64,000 nucleotides of DNA from Vulcanimicrobiota bacterium (GTDB lineage: Bacteria; Vulcanimicrobiota; Vulcanimicrobiia; Eremiobacterales; Eremiobacteraceae), in contig CAWDVP010000006.1 of assembly GCA_963805945.1 (NCBI GenBank), positions 288,001-352,000 on the forward strand, given 5' to 3'. Shown piece by piece: positions 39,688 through 49,951 of the stretch (positions within the stretch are counted from its first letter, which is position 1; each line of letters begins with the position of its first letter). Below the pieces are notes generated by a model that ran no database searches, had not been told where the DNA came from, and saw only the letters and a program-made list of their open reading frames with translations. Made by a program: the position numbers and the translations under genes.

Positions 39688-41010
39688 TCAGCTGCCCAGC
39701 GCGGGGAAGATCACCTGAAGCGTCGACACCACGGTGAGCAGGCCGACGATGATCACCGTCGCCCACGCGATGATATTGAAGAGCAGCGAGTTCGTGTAGT
39801 TCCCCATCAGGGTGCGGTTGTTGATGAGGATCAGCATGAGCACGAGCACCAACGGCAGCAACGCGCCATTGAACACCTGCGAGTAGAAGATGATCCCTAG
39901 CAGCGGCGCGTGCGGGATGAGCACGACGCTCGCGCCGATGACGATGAGCGCCGCATAGAGCCCATAGAAGAACGGCGCTTCCCGGAACTTCTTGCTGACG
40001 CCGGATTCGAAGCCGAACGCCTCGCAGACGTAGTACGCGGTGGAGAGCGGCAGGATCGAGGCGGTGAAGATCGCCGCGTTGAGCAACCCGATCGCGAACA
40101 GGATCGACGCGTACTTGCTCGCCAGCGGCGCGAGCGCGGCGGCGAGCTTCGCGACGTCGTCGACCACGATCTGACCCTGCGGCGCGGCGTGCACGTTGTG
40201 CACGTAGATGGTCGCCGCGCTCGCGACCATGATGAAGAACGCGATGAAGTCGGTGAAGAGCGCGCCCGTCACCACGTCGATGCGCGAATACGTCAGCTCA
40301 GACGCCTTGACGCCTTTCTCGACGATCGCCGATTGGATGTAGAACTGCATCCACGGCGAGATGGTAGTGCCGATGATCGCGATCACCATGAGCAGGTACG
40401 CCTTGCTCGGCGTGAAGTGCGGCCACACGAACTGCGTGAGCACCTCGTGCCAGTCCGGCCGCACAAGGATGCAGCTCACCACATACGTGAGGTAGACGAA
40501 GCAGAAGAAAAAGAACACCTTCTCGACGGCCGCGTAATTGCCGCGCGTGACGACGACGAAGACGAAGATGGCCACCACCGGCACGAGCAGATACTTGGTC
40601 ATCCATGGAAGATAGGCGTGGAAGACGCCGGCTGCCGACGCCGCGCCGGCGAACTCCGAGGTGATCGTGCCGATGTTGCCGAGCACGAAGAGCAGCAGCA
40701 CCCAAAAAGTGAGCCTCACGCCGAAGTTCTCGCGGATGAGATCGGCGAGGCCTTTGCCGGTCACCGCGCCCATGCGCGCGCACATCTCCTGGATGACGAG
40801 CAGCGCCACCGTCACCGGGATGAGGATCCATAGCTGCGTGTAGCCGAACTGGGCGCCGGAGAGCGAGTACGTCGTGATACCGCCGACATCGTTGTCCGCG
40901 TTCGCGGTGATGATGCCGGGTCCGACCACCGACAGGAACATGAGAATCGAGCGCCAGACGCTTGGTCTGGGCGCTGCGAGTCTATCGCCGGCCTTTTGCG
41001 CTATTGCCAT
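39688..41010 (-). CDS. Nramp-related divalent cation (likely Mg2+) transporter, NrmT-like
   Basis: TM1 ANADNDVGG instead of DPGN, GTTISPWMQFY; M-box upstream. Confidence 0.88.
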   Translation of the reverse strand: MAIAQKAGDRLAAPRPSVWRSILMFLSVVGPGIITANADNDVGGITTYSLSGAQFGYTQLWILIPVTVALLVIQEMCARMGAVTGKGLADLIRENFGVRLTFWVLLLFVLGNIGTITSEFAGAASAAGVFHAYLPWMTKYLLVPVVAIFVFVVVTRGNYAAVEKVFFFFCFVYLTYVVSCILVRPDWHEVLTQFVWPHFTPSKAYLLMVIAIIGTTISPWMQFYIQSAIVEKGVKASELTYSRIDVVTGALFTDFIAFFIMVASAATIYVHNVHAAPQGQIVVDDVAKLAAALAPLASKYASILFAIGLLNAAIFTASILPLSTAYYVCEAFGFESGVSKKFREAPFFYGLYAALIVIGASVVLIPHAPLLGIIFYSQVFNGALLPLVLVLMLILINNRTLMGNYTNSLLFNIIAWATVIIVGLLTVVSTLQVIFPALGS

Positions 41011-41013
41011 GAG

Positions 41014-41173
41014 ACCTCATACGTTGAGTTTTGGCACGACGCGCCATAAAGTCAGCCTGACTTAGCCGTCATAGATACCGCCTTATTTCGGCGGTGCCTG
41101 GTCACCCATTGGGGTCTCTCGACCTTTCCGGGTAGCGGCCTCTCTGCGTGTCGACGCCTCACCTAACGAGGTG
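41014..41173 (-). ncRNA. M-box (ykoK) Mg2+ riboswitch
   Basis: Minus strand ctcgttaggtgaggc...cccggaaaggtcgagagaccccaatgggt...ataagg...gtgccaaaactcaacg, matching ykoK conserved blocks. Confidence 0.92.
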
Positions 41174-41238
41174 TTTCCTCGACGATTTTACCTCTGGCCC
41201 GCGCGGGGCGTCAACCCCGCGTTTCGCGGACACGAAAA

Positions 41239-41264
41239 GGGCCGACCTAAAGGTCGGCCCCTAC
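41239..41264 (-). repeat. Intergenic GTAG-type REP (family B), also a likely terminator of HU
   Basis: Minus strand gtaggggccgacctttaggtcggccc followed by tttt. Confidence 0.75.
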
Positions 41265-41284
41265 ATGCCATCGGCGTGGGATGA

Positions 41285-41572
41285 CTACTTCTTTTTGCCC
41301 TTGTTGACGCTCTCGCGCAGATCCTTACCGGGATGGAACGCCGGCACCGTCCGCGCCGCGATGACGAGCTTCTCGCCGGTCTTCGGGTTGCGGCCTTCGC
41401 GCGCCTTACGCTTGCGTGTCTCGAAGCTGCCGAACGGGATGAGCTGCACTTTTTCGCCCTTTTGCAGCGCCCCTTTGATGGACTCCAGCAGCGTATCGAC
41501 GATGTGCGTCACGTCGCGCTTGGTCAGCTCCGTCTTCTCCGCAACTTCCTCGATCAGCTCAGCCTTGGTCAT
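41285..41572 (-). CDS. hup: DNA-binding protein HU
   Basis: MTKAELI ... FGSF ... GRNPKTGE ... PAFHPGK. Confidence 0.95.
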   Translation of the reverse strand: MTKAELIEEVAEKTELTKRDVTHIVDTLLESIKGALQKGEKVQLIPFGSFETRKRKAREGRNPKTGEKLVIAARTVPAFHPGKDLRESVNKGKKK

Positions 41573-41661
41573 CGGTTACCCTCCACATAGATGATGTACT
41601 CAATAAAGTGCGTGTACCTGCTCTTAGCCGCAGCGCCCGTGATTCCTGCCCTTGCGAGCGC

Positions 41662-42111
41662 TCAACGCTTTATTTCATCGAGCATTCCCGCTGCCGCGCG
41701 CAACGCGAGGAGGTAGGAATCGACGCCGAAACCGGCGACGGTGCCGTGCACCACGGGCGCGATCACCGAACGTCGGCGGAACGCCTCACGCGCGTAGATA
41801 TTCGTCAGGTGGACTTCGATCACGGGGACGGGGACCGCCGCGATCGCGTCGCGCAGCGCGTAGGAGTAGTGGGTGTACGCCGCCGGGTTGATGATGATGG
41901 CGCGATCCTGCGAGGCCGCCAGGTGGATCGCCGCGATGAGCTCTCCCTCCCCCTGGTGCTGCTCGATGCTCACTTCGAGCTTCAGCTCGCGCGCGAGCGT
42001 GCGGATCGCCGCATCGACCTGGGCGAGGGTGAGCGGGCCGTAGACCTCCGGTTCCCGGCTGCCGAGCGCGTTGAGATTTGGGCCGTGGAGGACGACGACA
42101 TGACGCTGCAT
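41662..42111 (-). CDS. aroQ: Type II 3-dehydroquinate dehydratase
   Basis: HGPNLNALGSREPEVYG, INPAAYTH, EVHLTN. Confidence 0.95.
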   Translation of the reverse strand: MQRHVVVLHGPNLNALGSREPEVYGPLTLAQVDAAIRTLARELKLEVSIEQHQGEGELIAAIHLAASQDRAIIINPAAYTHYSYALRDAIAAVPVPVIEVHLTNIYAREAFRRRSVIAPVVHGTVAGFGVDSYLLALRAAAGMLDEIKR

Positions 42112-42188
42112 CGCGGCGCATTTCGCGCGGCCGCTGTGCGACACCTCGACAAGAGGGAGCCGCACCGCCGGCCGAAAAATCCGCTGCT

Positions 42189-43079
42189 ATGCCTCGCGAC
42201 TATGCAGTCCTGAGCCTCGCGGCCGGCGACACCGTACGCATCGTGGCGGCGCGCACGACCGGTCTCGTCCGCGAAGCGCAGGCGCGTCACGGCTGCTCGC
42301 CGACCGTGACCGCGGCTTTGGGTCGCTTGCTCACCGGTGCCGCGCTCATCGGCGTCGGCCTGAGCGAGCACCAGCGGCTCACGCTGCAGGTCAACGGCGA
42401 TGGTCCCGTGCGATTCATTGTGGCCGAGGCGTCGCCCGGCGGCAAAGTGCGCGGCTACCCGGGACGGGCGCGCGCGGAGATGCCGCTCAACGCCGCGGGC
42501 AAGTTCGACGTCGGCGGCATCGTAGGCCGCGGCTCGCTGCACGTGACGCGCATCTACGACACCGGCGTGCCGTACACCAGCGCTGTGCCGTTGCGCAGCG
42601 GCGAGATCGGTGAGGATATCGCGCATTTCTTCGCGCACTCCGAACAGGTGCCATCGGTCGTCGCGGTGGGCGTGCTCGCCAATCCCGAGGGCGTGGTCGC
42701 CGCGGGCGGCATCCTGGCGCAATTGCTGCCTGGGGCCGAGCCGTCGTCCATCGATGCGCTCGAGGCGGCCGCGCGCGCGCTGCCGCAGGTGAGCTCGCTC
42801 TTGCGATCCGGCCTGACGCCGGAGCAGATGATCGAGCGCCTCGCGGCCGGACTGGAACCGCGCTTCAGCCACCTCACGCCGCTCGTCTTCGCCTGCCCGT
42901 GCGATCGGTCTCGAGTCGCTCGCGCCCTCATCACGCTGGGGGCGGATGCGCTCACAGAGATGTCGCACGCCCAGGAGGACACCGAGGCGACCTGCGATTA
43001 CTGCGGTCAGCGGTACTACTTCTCACCCGCTGAGGTGGGAGAGATACTGGGGCAGGGGAGCCGCGAGAGCAGCGCCTAA
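42189..43079 (+). CDS. hslO: Hsp33 redox-regulated chaperone
   Basis: ALGRLLTG, SEQVPS, CPC ... CDYC Zn motif. Confidence 0.93.
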   Translation: MPRDYAVLSLAAGDTVRIVAARTTGLVREAQARHGCSPTVTAALGRLLTGAALIGVGLSEHQRLTLQVNGDGPVRFIVAEASPGGKVRGYPGRARAEMPLNAAGKFDVGGIVGRGSLHVTRIYDTGVPYTSAVPLRSGEIGEDIAHFFAHSEQVPSVVAVGVLANPEGVVAAGGILAQLLPGAEPSSIDALEAAARALPQVSSLLRSGLTPEQMIERLAAGLEPRFSHLTPLVFACPCDRSRVARALITLGADALTEMSHAQEDTEATCDYCGQRYYFSPAEVGEILGQGSRESSA

Positions 43080-44266
43080 CGGCGCTCGACGATCCGCACG
43101 AACTGCCGGTTGCCCTTCTGCAGCACCGCGCCGTGCCACGACACTTTGGTCAGCGCCGGATCGTCTGCCCGTGCTCCGTCGACCTTGATCGCGCCCTGCT
43201 CGATGAGCCGTTGACCCTCGCGGTTGGATCCGGCCAGCCCCGTCATGACCAGCAGCTTCAAGAGGCCGATGCCGGGGTCTGCGTCGAGCGGATATTCGCG
43301 CATCTCCTCCGGTAGCTCTTTGCGCACGACGGTCTTCTCGAAATGCGCGCGTGCCTGGTCTGCGGCGGCGGCGCCATGGTAGAGCCGCACGATCTCGCCG
43401 GCGAGCTGGACCTTCGAGTCACGCGGTGAGAGCGCGAGCTTCGCTTCGATCTCCTTGTCGTCCGCCGCGGTCGCGAGCTGCCAGTAGCGCGACAGCAGCG
43501 CATCCGGCAGCGACATGACCTTGCCGAACATCTGCTCCGGCGCCTCGCGCAACGCGATGTAGTTGTTCAGGCTCTTGCCCATCCGCTGCACGCCGTCCGT
43601 GCCTTCGAGGATCGGCAGCGTCATGCAGATCTGCGGCGGCTGGCCGAACTCCTCTTGCATGCGGCGGCCCATCATGAGGTTGAAGAGCTGCTCGGTGCCG
43701 CCGAGTTCGATGTCCGCTTTGACCGCCACGGAATCATATGCCTGACCGATCGGGTAGAGGAACTCGTGCAGGCCGATGGCCGCGCCGGTCTGATAGCGCT
43801 TGGTGAAATCGTCGCGTTCGAGCATGCGCGCGACCGTGACCTTGGCGCACAGTCCGATGAGGTCGGCGAAATCCAGTTTCGCGAGCCACGAGCTGTTGTA
43901 GACGATCTCGGTGCGCGGCAGGTCGAGGATGAGCGCCGCCTGCTCGGCATACGTCTGCATGTCGTGTTCGATATCCGCGCGGGTGCGCGGCTTGCGCGCA
44001 TCCGCCCTGCCGGTCGGGTCGCCGATCTGCCCGGTGAAGTCGCCGACGATGAGGATCGCGTGGTGGCCGAGGTCCTGGAACTGGCGCAGCTTGCGCAGCA
44101 CGACGGCGTGGCCGAGATGCAACAGCGGTCCCGATGGATCGATGCCCAGCTTCACGCGCAACGGCCGGCCCAGAGCTAAGCGCTTGAGAAGGTCCTCTTG
44201 GGTGACGACGTCGACGCATCGCTCGCTGACGAGCTCGAGCGTGCGGGCTGCGGTCGTATCTGCCAT
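43076..44266 (-). CDS. tyrS: Tyrosine--tRNA ligase
   Basis: HLGH, RMGKS (KMSKS-like), C-terminal S4 domain. Confidence 0.95.
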   Translation of the reverse strand: MADTTAARTLELVSERCVDVVTQEDLLKRLALGRPLRVKLGIDPSGPLLHLGHAVVLRKLRQFQDLGHHAILIVGDFTGQIGDPTGRADARKPRTRADIEHDMQTYAEQAALILDLPRTEIVYNSSWLAKLDFADLIGLCAKVTVARMLERDDFTKRYQTGAAIGLHEFLYPIGQAYDSVAVKADIELGGTEQLFNLMMGRRMQEEFGQPPQICMTLPILEGTDGVQRMGKSLNNYIALREAPEQMFGKVMSLPDALLSRYWQLATAADDKEIEAKLALSPRDSKVQLAGEIVRLYHGAAAADQARAHFEKTVVRKELPEEMREYPLDADPGIGLLKLLVMTGLAGSNREGQRLIEQGAIKVDGARADDPALTKVSWHGAVLQKGNRQFVRIVERR

Positions 44267-44320
44267 TGCGACCTTGCTACGGGAGTCGACGCGCGTTACC
44301 CTCGGACCGCACGCGTCCGC

Positions 44321-46736
44321 TCACTTCAACGTCACGACGCTGACGCCGGAACCGCCCTCGCGGTCGCCCGCGTTCGCGATGGCGGCGACCTGCGCGTGGC
44401 CTTTGAGCATTTGGCGGATGCCTTTGCCCAGCTGGCCGGTGCCCTTTCCGTGGATGATACGCAGTTCGGCTGCGCCGGTGAGCAGCGCGCTATCGAGCGC
44501 TTTGTCGACGAGCGGCATCGCTTCGTCGACGCGCATGCCGCGCACGTCGATCTCGGTGGGAGCGTCCTGGGCGAGCGGGATTCCCGAGCGACCCGAGCTG
44601 CGCTCGGGCACTACCGCGCCTCCTGCGGGTGCGATATCGGCGGTCAGCTCGGCGCGCGGCACCACCACCTTCACGCTGCCCATCGTGATGAGCGCGTCGC
44701 GATCGTAGAGCTCGCTGATGATGCCGGGCGCATTGAAGCTGCGCACGAACACCCTGTCGCCGGCGCCGAAGTCCGGGCGCGCCGGATCGCCTGGTGCCGC
44801 CGCTTCCAGCCCGAGGCTCTTGCGCATGTCCGACAGCGTCTGCTGCAGGTCCGGCGCTGCTGCCGCGCCGGTCTGCCGGCGGCGAGATTCGCCGCTGCGC
44901 GCCGCCTTCTCCATCAATTCGGTGCGGACTTGACGCACTGCGTCGTCGAGCACGACGGCGGCGCGGCGTTCGAATTGCGTCCGTTCCCGTGCGAAGGCCG
45001 CCGCCTGCGCCTGGAGCTCGCGTTCGAGTCCAGTGGCGCGCGCGGCGAGCGCGTCAAGTTCGGCTTGCTTCTTCTGCATCGCCGCCCGGTCGGCGGCCAG
45101 GGCCTCGAACGCCCCCTCGAGCCGCCTGCCCTCTTCGCCCAGCAGGGCTTCCGCCCGCGCGATCATCGGCGCCGGGAGCCGCAGCGCCCGAGCGAGCGGA
45201 AACGCGAGGGACTGCCCCGGCACGCCGAGCGCGAGGACGTAGGTCGGCGCATTCGTCTCGGCGGCGAAGAGCATCGAGGCGTTGGCGACGCGCGGCGCGG
45301 CCGCGGCGAAGACCTTGAGCTGGGTGTAGTGCGTCGTGACGACGACGCGCGCGCCCACGATCAAGAGGGCTTCGACGAAAGCACGAGCGAGCGCGGCGCC
45401 GGCCACGGGCTCGGTGCCGCTGCCGATCTCGTCGACGAGCACGAGCGACGCGTCGGTGGCGCGCGTGAGCGCGCCGCGCAGCGCCTCGAGATGCGCGGAA
45501 AACGACGAGAGGTTCTGCGCGATCGACTGCTCGTCGCCGAGCGAGCACTCGATGCGATCGAACCAGCCGATCTCCGTGCCCGGCTTCGCGGGCAATGGCA
45601 CCCCCGCGTATGCGAGCAGGCAGAACAAACCCATCGTCTTGAGCGCGACGCTCTTGCCGCCCATGTTCGGCCCGGAGATCACCAGCGCATCGAAGTCGTA
45701 GCCGATCTCCACGTCGAGCGGCTGCGCGGTGCGCGTGAGCAGCGGATGGCGGCCGCCGACGATGCGCAGTGCGTGCGCGCTCGTCATGGTCGGGCCGGTG
45801 CGCCTCAAGCGCGATGCCCCAGCGCGCACGCGCACCGAGCCCATCCAATCGCGCGACGAGCGCGGCGTTCGTGCGCAGCTCGTCCGCGCGTCCGCCTACC
45901 TGTGAGGTCAGCTGCGCGAGGATGCGCCCGATCTCACGCTCTTCCGCCGATTCGAGCGCGCGCAGCTTGTTGTTCGCTTCGAGGCATGCCATAGGCTCGA
46001 TATAGGCGGTCGAGCCCGACGAGGATTCGTCGTGCACGACGCCGGGGAACTCGCCCGCGAACTCCTTGCGCACCGGCACGACGTAACGGCCGGCGCGCAC
46101 GGTGACGACCGGCTCCGACAGCATCTTGGCGGTGCCGGGATTGCGGACGATCTGCGCGCAGCGGTCGCGGATCTCGTCGTGCAGTTTGCGCTGCTGCCGA
46201 CGGATGCGATCGAGCTCCGCCGAAGCGTTGTCGGCGACGCGTCCGTCCGGTTCGATGGCCGCTTCGATGCGCCGCGCGAGGTCGGAAGTGTCGAGCCGCT
46301 GCGAGAGCAGCGCCTTGAACGCGCCGCGCGGCTGCGCGCTGGCGTCTGGCGTGACGGCCTTGGAAGATCGACCCGTCGGTCGAATGAATTCGACCGCTCC
46401 AGCTCGTGTGGGCGTGGCGGCGCGGGCGACGTCGCGCAACGCGCTCTCGGCGGTCGCGATCGCCCGCAGATCCGCGCCCGGCAGCGCTGCTCCCTTTTCG
46501 GCGCGGACGAGCAGCTCGCCGACATCCACGACGCCCCCGAAGGCGATATCGCCGCCGGCGTGGAGGAACGCGCCGGCGTCTTCGGCGAGCGCCTGCTCGG
46601 CATCGGCGGCCGCTAGGCCTTCGAGCGGGGCGAGCGCGAGCGCGGCGTTCTTGCCGGGCTCGCATGTGGTCTGTGCGGCGATCCGCTCGACGACCTCGGT
46701 GAACTCGAGCGCCTCGAGCGCGTGCGCGTCAGCCAA
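44321..46736 (-). CDS. mutS2: Endonuclease MutS2, frameshift near 45793
   Basis: LEALEF start, VHDESSSGST, GPNMGGKS, LSSFSAH, DEIGSGT, Smr IIHGKGTG; split in two ORFs. Confidence 0.9.
44592..44614 (-). repeat. REP-like family C element in frame in mutS2 (VVPERSSG)
   Basis: Minus strand gtagtgcccgagcgcagctcggg. Confidence 0.78.
46377..46401 (-). repeat. Family A palindrome in frame in mutS2 (GAVEFIRP)
   Basis: cggtcgaatgaattcgaccgctcca. Confidence 0.88.
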
Positions 46737-48180
46737 GACGCTCCTTGAGCAGCCCGCGCACCATCTCGACGTTCGCCTTGCCCCGGCTCAGCTTCATGAC
46801 CTGGCCGACGAGGAACTCGAGCGCTTTCTCTTTGCCGGCCTTATATGAGGCGACCGAGTCGGCGTTCCCCGCAAGCGCCTGATCCACGAAGCCCGCGACC
46901 GCAGACGTGTCGGATGTCTGGGCGAGGCCGCGCTGTTCGACGATCGTCTTCGGATCGGCGCCGTCGATCACGAGCGGCTCGCACACCTCTTTCGCCGCCT
47001 TGCCGGAGATCGTGCCGGCGGCGACGAGGGCGATGAGGGCGGCGAGCTGCTGCGGCTGCATCTTCGAATCCGCCAGCGCCAGCTCGTGTTTTTGCAGCAC
47101 GCGGCGCACGTCGCCCATCATCCAGTTCGCCGCCTGCTTGGGGTTGCCCGACGCGACGGCGACCGCCTCGAAGAACTCAGCGGTGCCGCGCTCTTCGGTC
47201 AGCACGCCGGCGTCGTATGCCGTCAGCGCGAACTCGCGCACGTAGCGCTCGCGTCTGGCAGCCGGCAGTTCGGGCAGTTCGGCCGCCCAGCGCGCGAGCG
47301 TCGCCGGCTCCATGGTCAGCGGCACGAGATCGGGTTCCGGGAAGTAGCGGTAGTCGTGCGCCTGTTCCTTCGAGCGCATCGAATGCGTCGAGCCGGTCGT
47401 CTCATCCCAGCCGCGCGTCTCTTGGATGATGCGCTCGCCCGCGCGCAAGCACGCCTGCATGCGTTCGATCTCGTGGTTGATGGCGCGCCCGACCGAACGG
47501 AACGAATTGAGGTTCTTCACCTCGACCTTGGTGCCGAGCGCATCGCTGCCGGCGGGGCGGATCGACACGTTGGCGTCGCAGCGCAGCGAGCCTTCGTGCA
47601 TCTTCACGTCCGAGACGCCGATGTACGAGAGCACGGCCTTGAGCTCGGTGAGATACGCCTCCGCCTCGGGCGCCGACGAGATGTCCGGCTCGCTCACGAT
47701 CTCCATGAGCGGCACGCCGGCGCGGTTGTAGTCCACCAGCGTGTGCGTCGAGCGCGCGATGCTCTCGCCGCCGTGGATGTTCTTGCCGGTGTCCTCCTCG
47801 AGATGGATGCGGTTGAGACGCACGCGCTTGCCCGACGGCAGGCTCACGCCGCCGCCCGTCGTCAGCGGCATGTCGTACTGCGTGATCTGATAGTTCTTGG
47901 GCATGTCTGGATAGAAGTAGTTCTTGCGGTCGAACTTCGAGTGCGGCGCGACCGCGCAGCCCAACGCCGTGCCGGCCTTGCACAAGAACTCCACCGCGCG
48001 CGCGTTGATCACCGGCAGGCTGCCGGGGAAGCCCAAGCACACCGGACACACGTGCGTGTTCGGGGACGCGCCGAACTCGTTACGGCAGCCGCAGAACATC
48101 TTGCTCGCGGTCGACAGCTCGACGTGCACCTCGAGGCCGATGACGGCTTCCATAGGGGTCTCGACCGCGGTGCCGCTCAT
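46729..48180 (-). CDS. gatB: Asp/Glu-tRNA amidotransferase subunit B
   Basis: IGLEVHVEL, RKNYFYPD, HLEEDTG, DYRYFPEPDL. Confidence 0.97.
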   Translation of the reverse strand: MSGTAVETPMEAVIGLEVHVELSTASKMFCGCRNEFGASPNTHVCPVCLGFPGSLPVINARAVEFLCKAGTALGCAVAPHSKFDRKNYFYPDMPKNYQITQYDMPLTTGGGVSLPSGKRVRLNRIHLEEDTGKNIHGGESIARSTHTLVDYNRAGVPLMEIVSEPDISSAPEAEAYLTELKAVLSYIGVSDVKMHEGSLRCDANVSIRPAGSDALGTKVEVKNLNSFRSVGRAINHEIERMQACLRAGERIIQETRGWDETTGSTHSMRSKEQAHDYRYFPEPDLVPLTMEPATLARWAAELPELPAARRERYVREFALTAYDAGVLTEERGTAEFFEAVAVASGNPKQAANWMMGDVRRVLQKHELALADSKMQPQQLAALIALVAAGTISGKAAKEVCEPLVIDGADPKTIVEQRGLAQTSDTSAVAGFVDQALAGNADSVASYKAGKEKALEFLVGQVMKLSRGKANVEMVRGLLKERLG

Positions 48181-49650
48181 CGCGCGCGGCTCCCTTCGGC
48201 GCGCACCGTCGGCTCGCGCTGCCAGGCGAATTTGGTCGCCTGCTCGTAGGCGTGCGCGACGCCCAGCATGCGGCCCTCTTCGAACGCCGGCGCGACGATC
48301 TGCAGGCCGACCGGCAGATCACCCACATACCCGGCCGGCACCGAGAGCGCCGGCAGACCGGCGAGGCTCATCGGGATGGTGAAGTAGTCCATGAGATACA
48401 TCGCGACCGGGTCCTGCGATCTTCGCGCCGAGCTCGAACGCCGGGCACGAGACCGCAGGCGCCGCGATCACGTCGCAGGCGGCGAACGCCTCGTCGAAGT
48501 CCTGCTTCATCAGAGTGCGCACTTTTTGTGCGCGCACGTAGTAGGCGTCGTAGTAGCCCGAACTCAGCGCGTAGGTGCCGAGGATGATCCGCCGTTTCAC
48601 CTCCGGGCCGAAGCCGGCGGCGCGCGTCGCCTCGAACATCGCGAACACGTCGTGCCCGTCCACCCGCACGCCGTAGCGCGCGCCGTCGTAGCGGGCGAGA
48701 TTCGAAGAGCATTCCGCCGGTGCGATGAGATAGTACGTCGCAAGACCGTATTTGGCGTGCGGCAGCTTCACGCGCACGAGCTGCGCGCCGAGCTGCTCGA
48801 GCTGCTTGTACGCCGCGCCGTAGAGCGCCGCGAGCGCGGCATCGCCTTTGATGCTCTCCTCGAACTCATCCACGATGCCGACGCGCACGCCGCGCAGATC
48901 GCTGCGCAGCATGTCCGCGTAGTGCGGCACCGGGACGTCGACGCTCGTCGAATCCATAGGGTCATGACCGGCGATGGCCTCGAGCGTGTCGGCGCTATCG
49001 CGCACGTCTGCGGTCATCGGCCCGGCCTGATCGAGCGATGAGGCGAACGCCACGATGCCGTAGCGCGACACGCGGCCATACGTCGGTTTGACGCCGACGA
49101 TGTTGCAGAACGACGCCGGCTCTCGGATCGAGCCTCCGGTGTCGGTTCCCAGCGCGATCGCCACGCTGCGCGCGCCGACGGTGGCGGCGCTGCCGCCTGA
49201 CGAGCCGCCGGGCACACGGTTCTCGCCCCACGGATTGCGCGTCGGGTGGAAGCCCGAGTTCTCACACGACGAACCCATCGCGAACTCGTCCATGTTCGTC
49301 TTGCCGACGATGACCGCGCCTGCCGCTTCCAATCTACGCACCACCGTCGCCGAGTACGGCGGCACGAAGTTCTCGAGGATCTTCGACCCCGCCGTCGTCC
49401 GCACGCCCTCGGTGCAGAACAGATCCTTGACCGCGACCGGCACGCCCGCCAACAAGCCCGGATCCTCGCCTTTCGCGATACGCGCGTCGATCGCGGCCGC
49501 GCGCGCGAGCGCGCGTTCGGGCGTCAGCTTCAGGTAGGCGCGCAGGCGCGGTTCGAGCGCGTCGATCGAAGCGAACGCCGCCGTGGCGGCTTCGACGGCG
49601 CTGCGCTCGCGCTTGATGACGGCGTCGCGGATCTCGTGACCGGTCTGCAT
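48177..49650 (-). CDS. gatA: Asp/Glu-tRNA amidotransferase subunit A, frameshift near 48414
   Basis: [28 protein letters not shown]-terminus (MYLMD...GLPALS) in another frame. Confidence 0.93.
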
Positions 49651-49652
49651 CG

Positions 49653-49940
49653 CTACTCGAGGATCCGCGGCATCTTGAAGAACGGCCCTTCTTTAGCAGG
49701 CGCATTGGCGAGCGCCGCTTCGTGCGAAAGCGAAGGGCTGACGACATCCTCGCGCGTCACGTTGCGCAGCGGGATGACCTGGGCGGTCGGGTCCACGTGC
49801 TCGACGTCGAGGCCCTGCAGCTCGCGGATGAAATCGAAGAGCCGCCCGAACTGCGACGAGAAGCGCGTCGCCTCTTCTTCTGTCAGCGGCAGCCGCGCGA
49901 GCTTCGCCACGTGTGCGATATCGATGGGGACTTCAGCCAT
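49653..49940 (-). CDS. gatC: Asp/Glu-tRNA amidotransferase subunit C
   Basis: HVAKLARL ... REDVV ... NAP ... FFKMPRIL. Confidence 0.93.
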   Translation of the reverse strand: MAEVPIDIAHVAKLARLPLTEEEATRFSSQFGRLFDFIRELQGLDVEHVDPTAQVIPLRNVTREDVVSPSLSHEAALANAPAKEGPFFKMPRILE

Positions 49941-49951
49941 TATGTTGTTCC

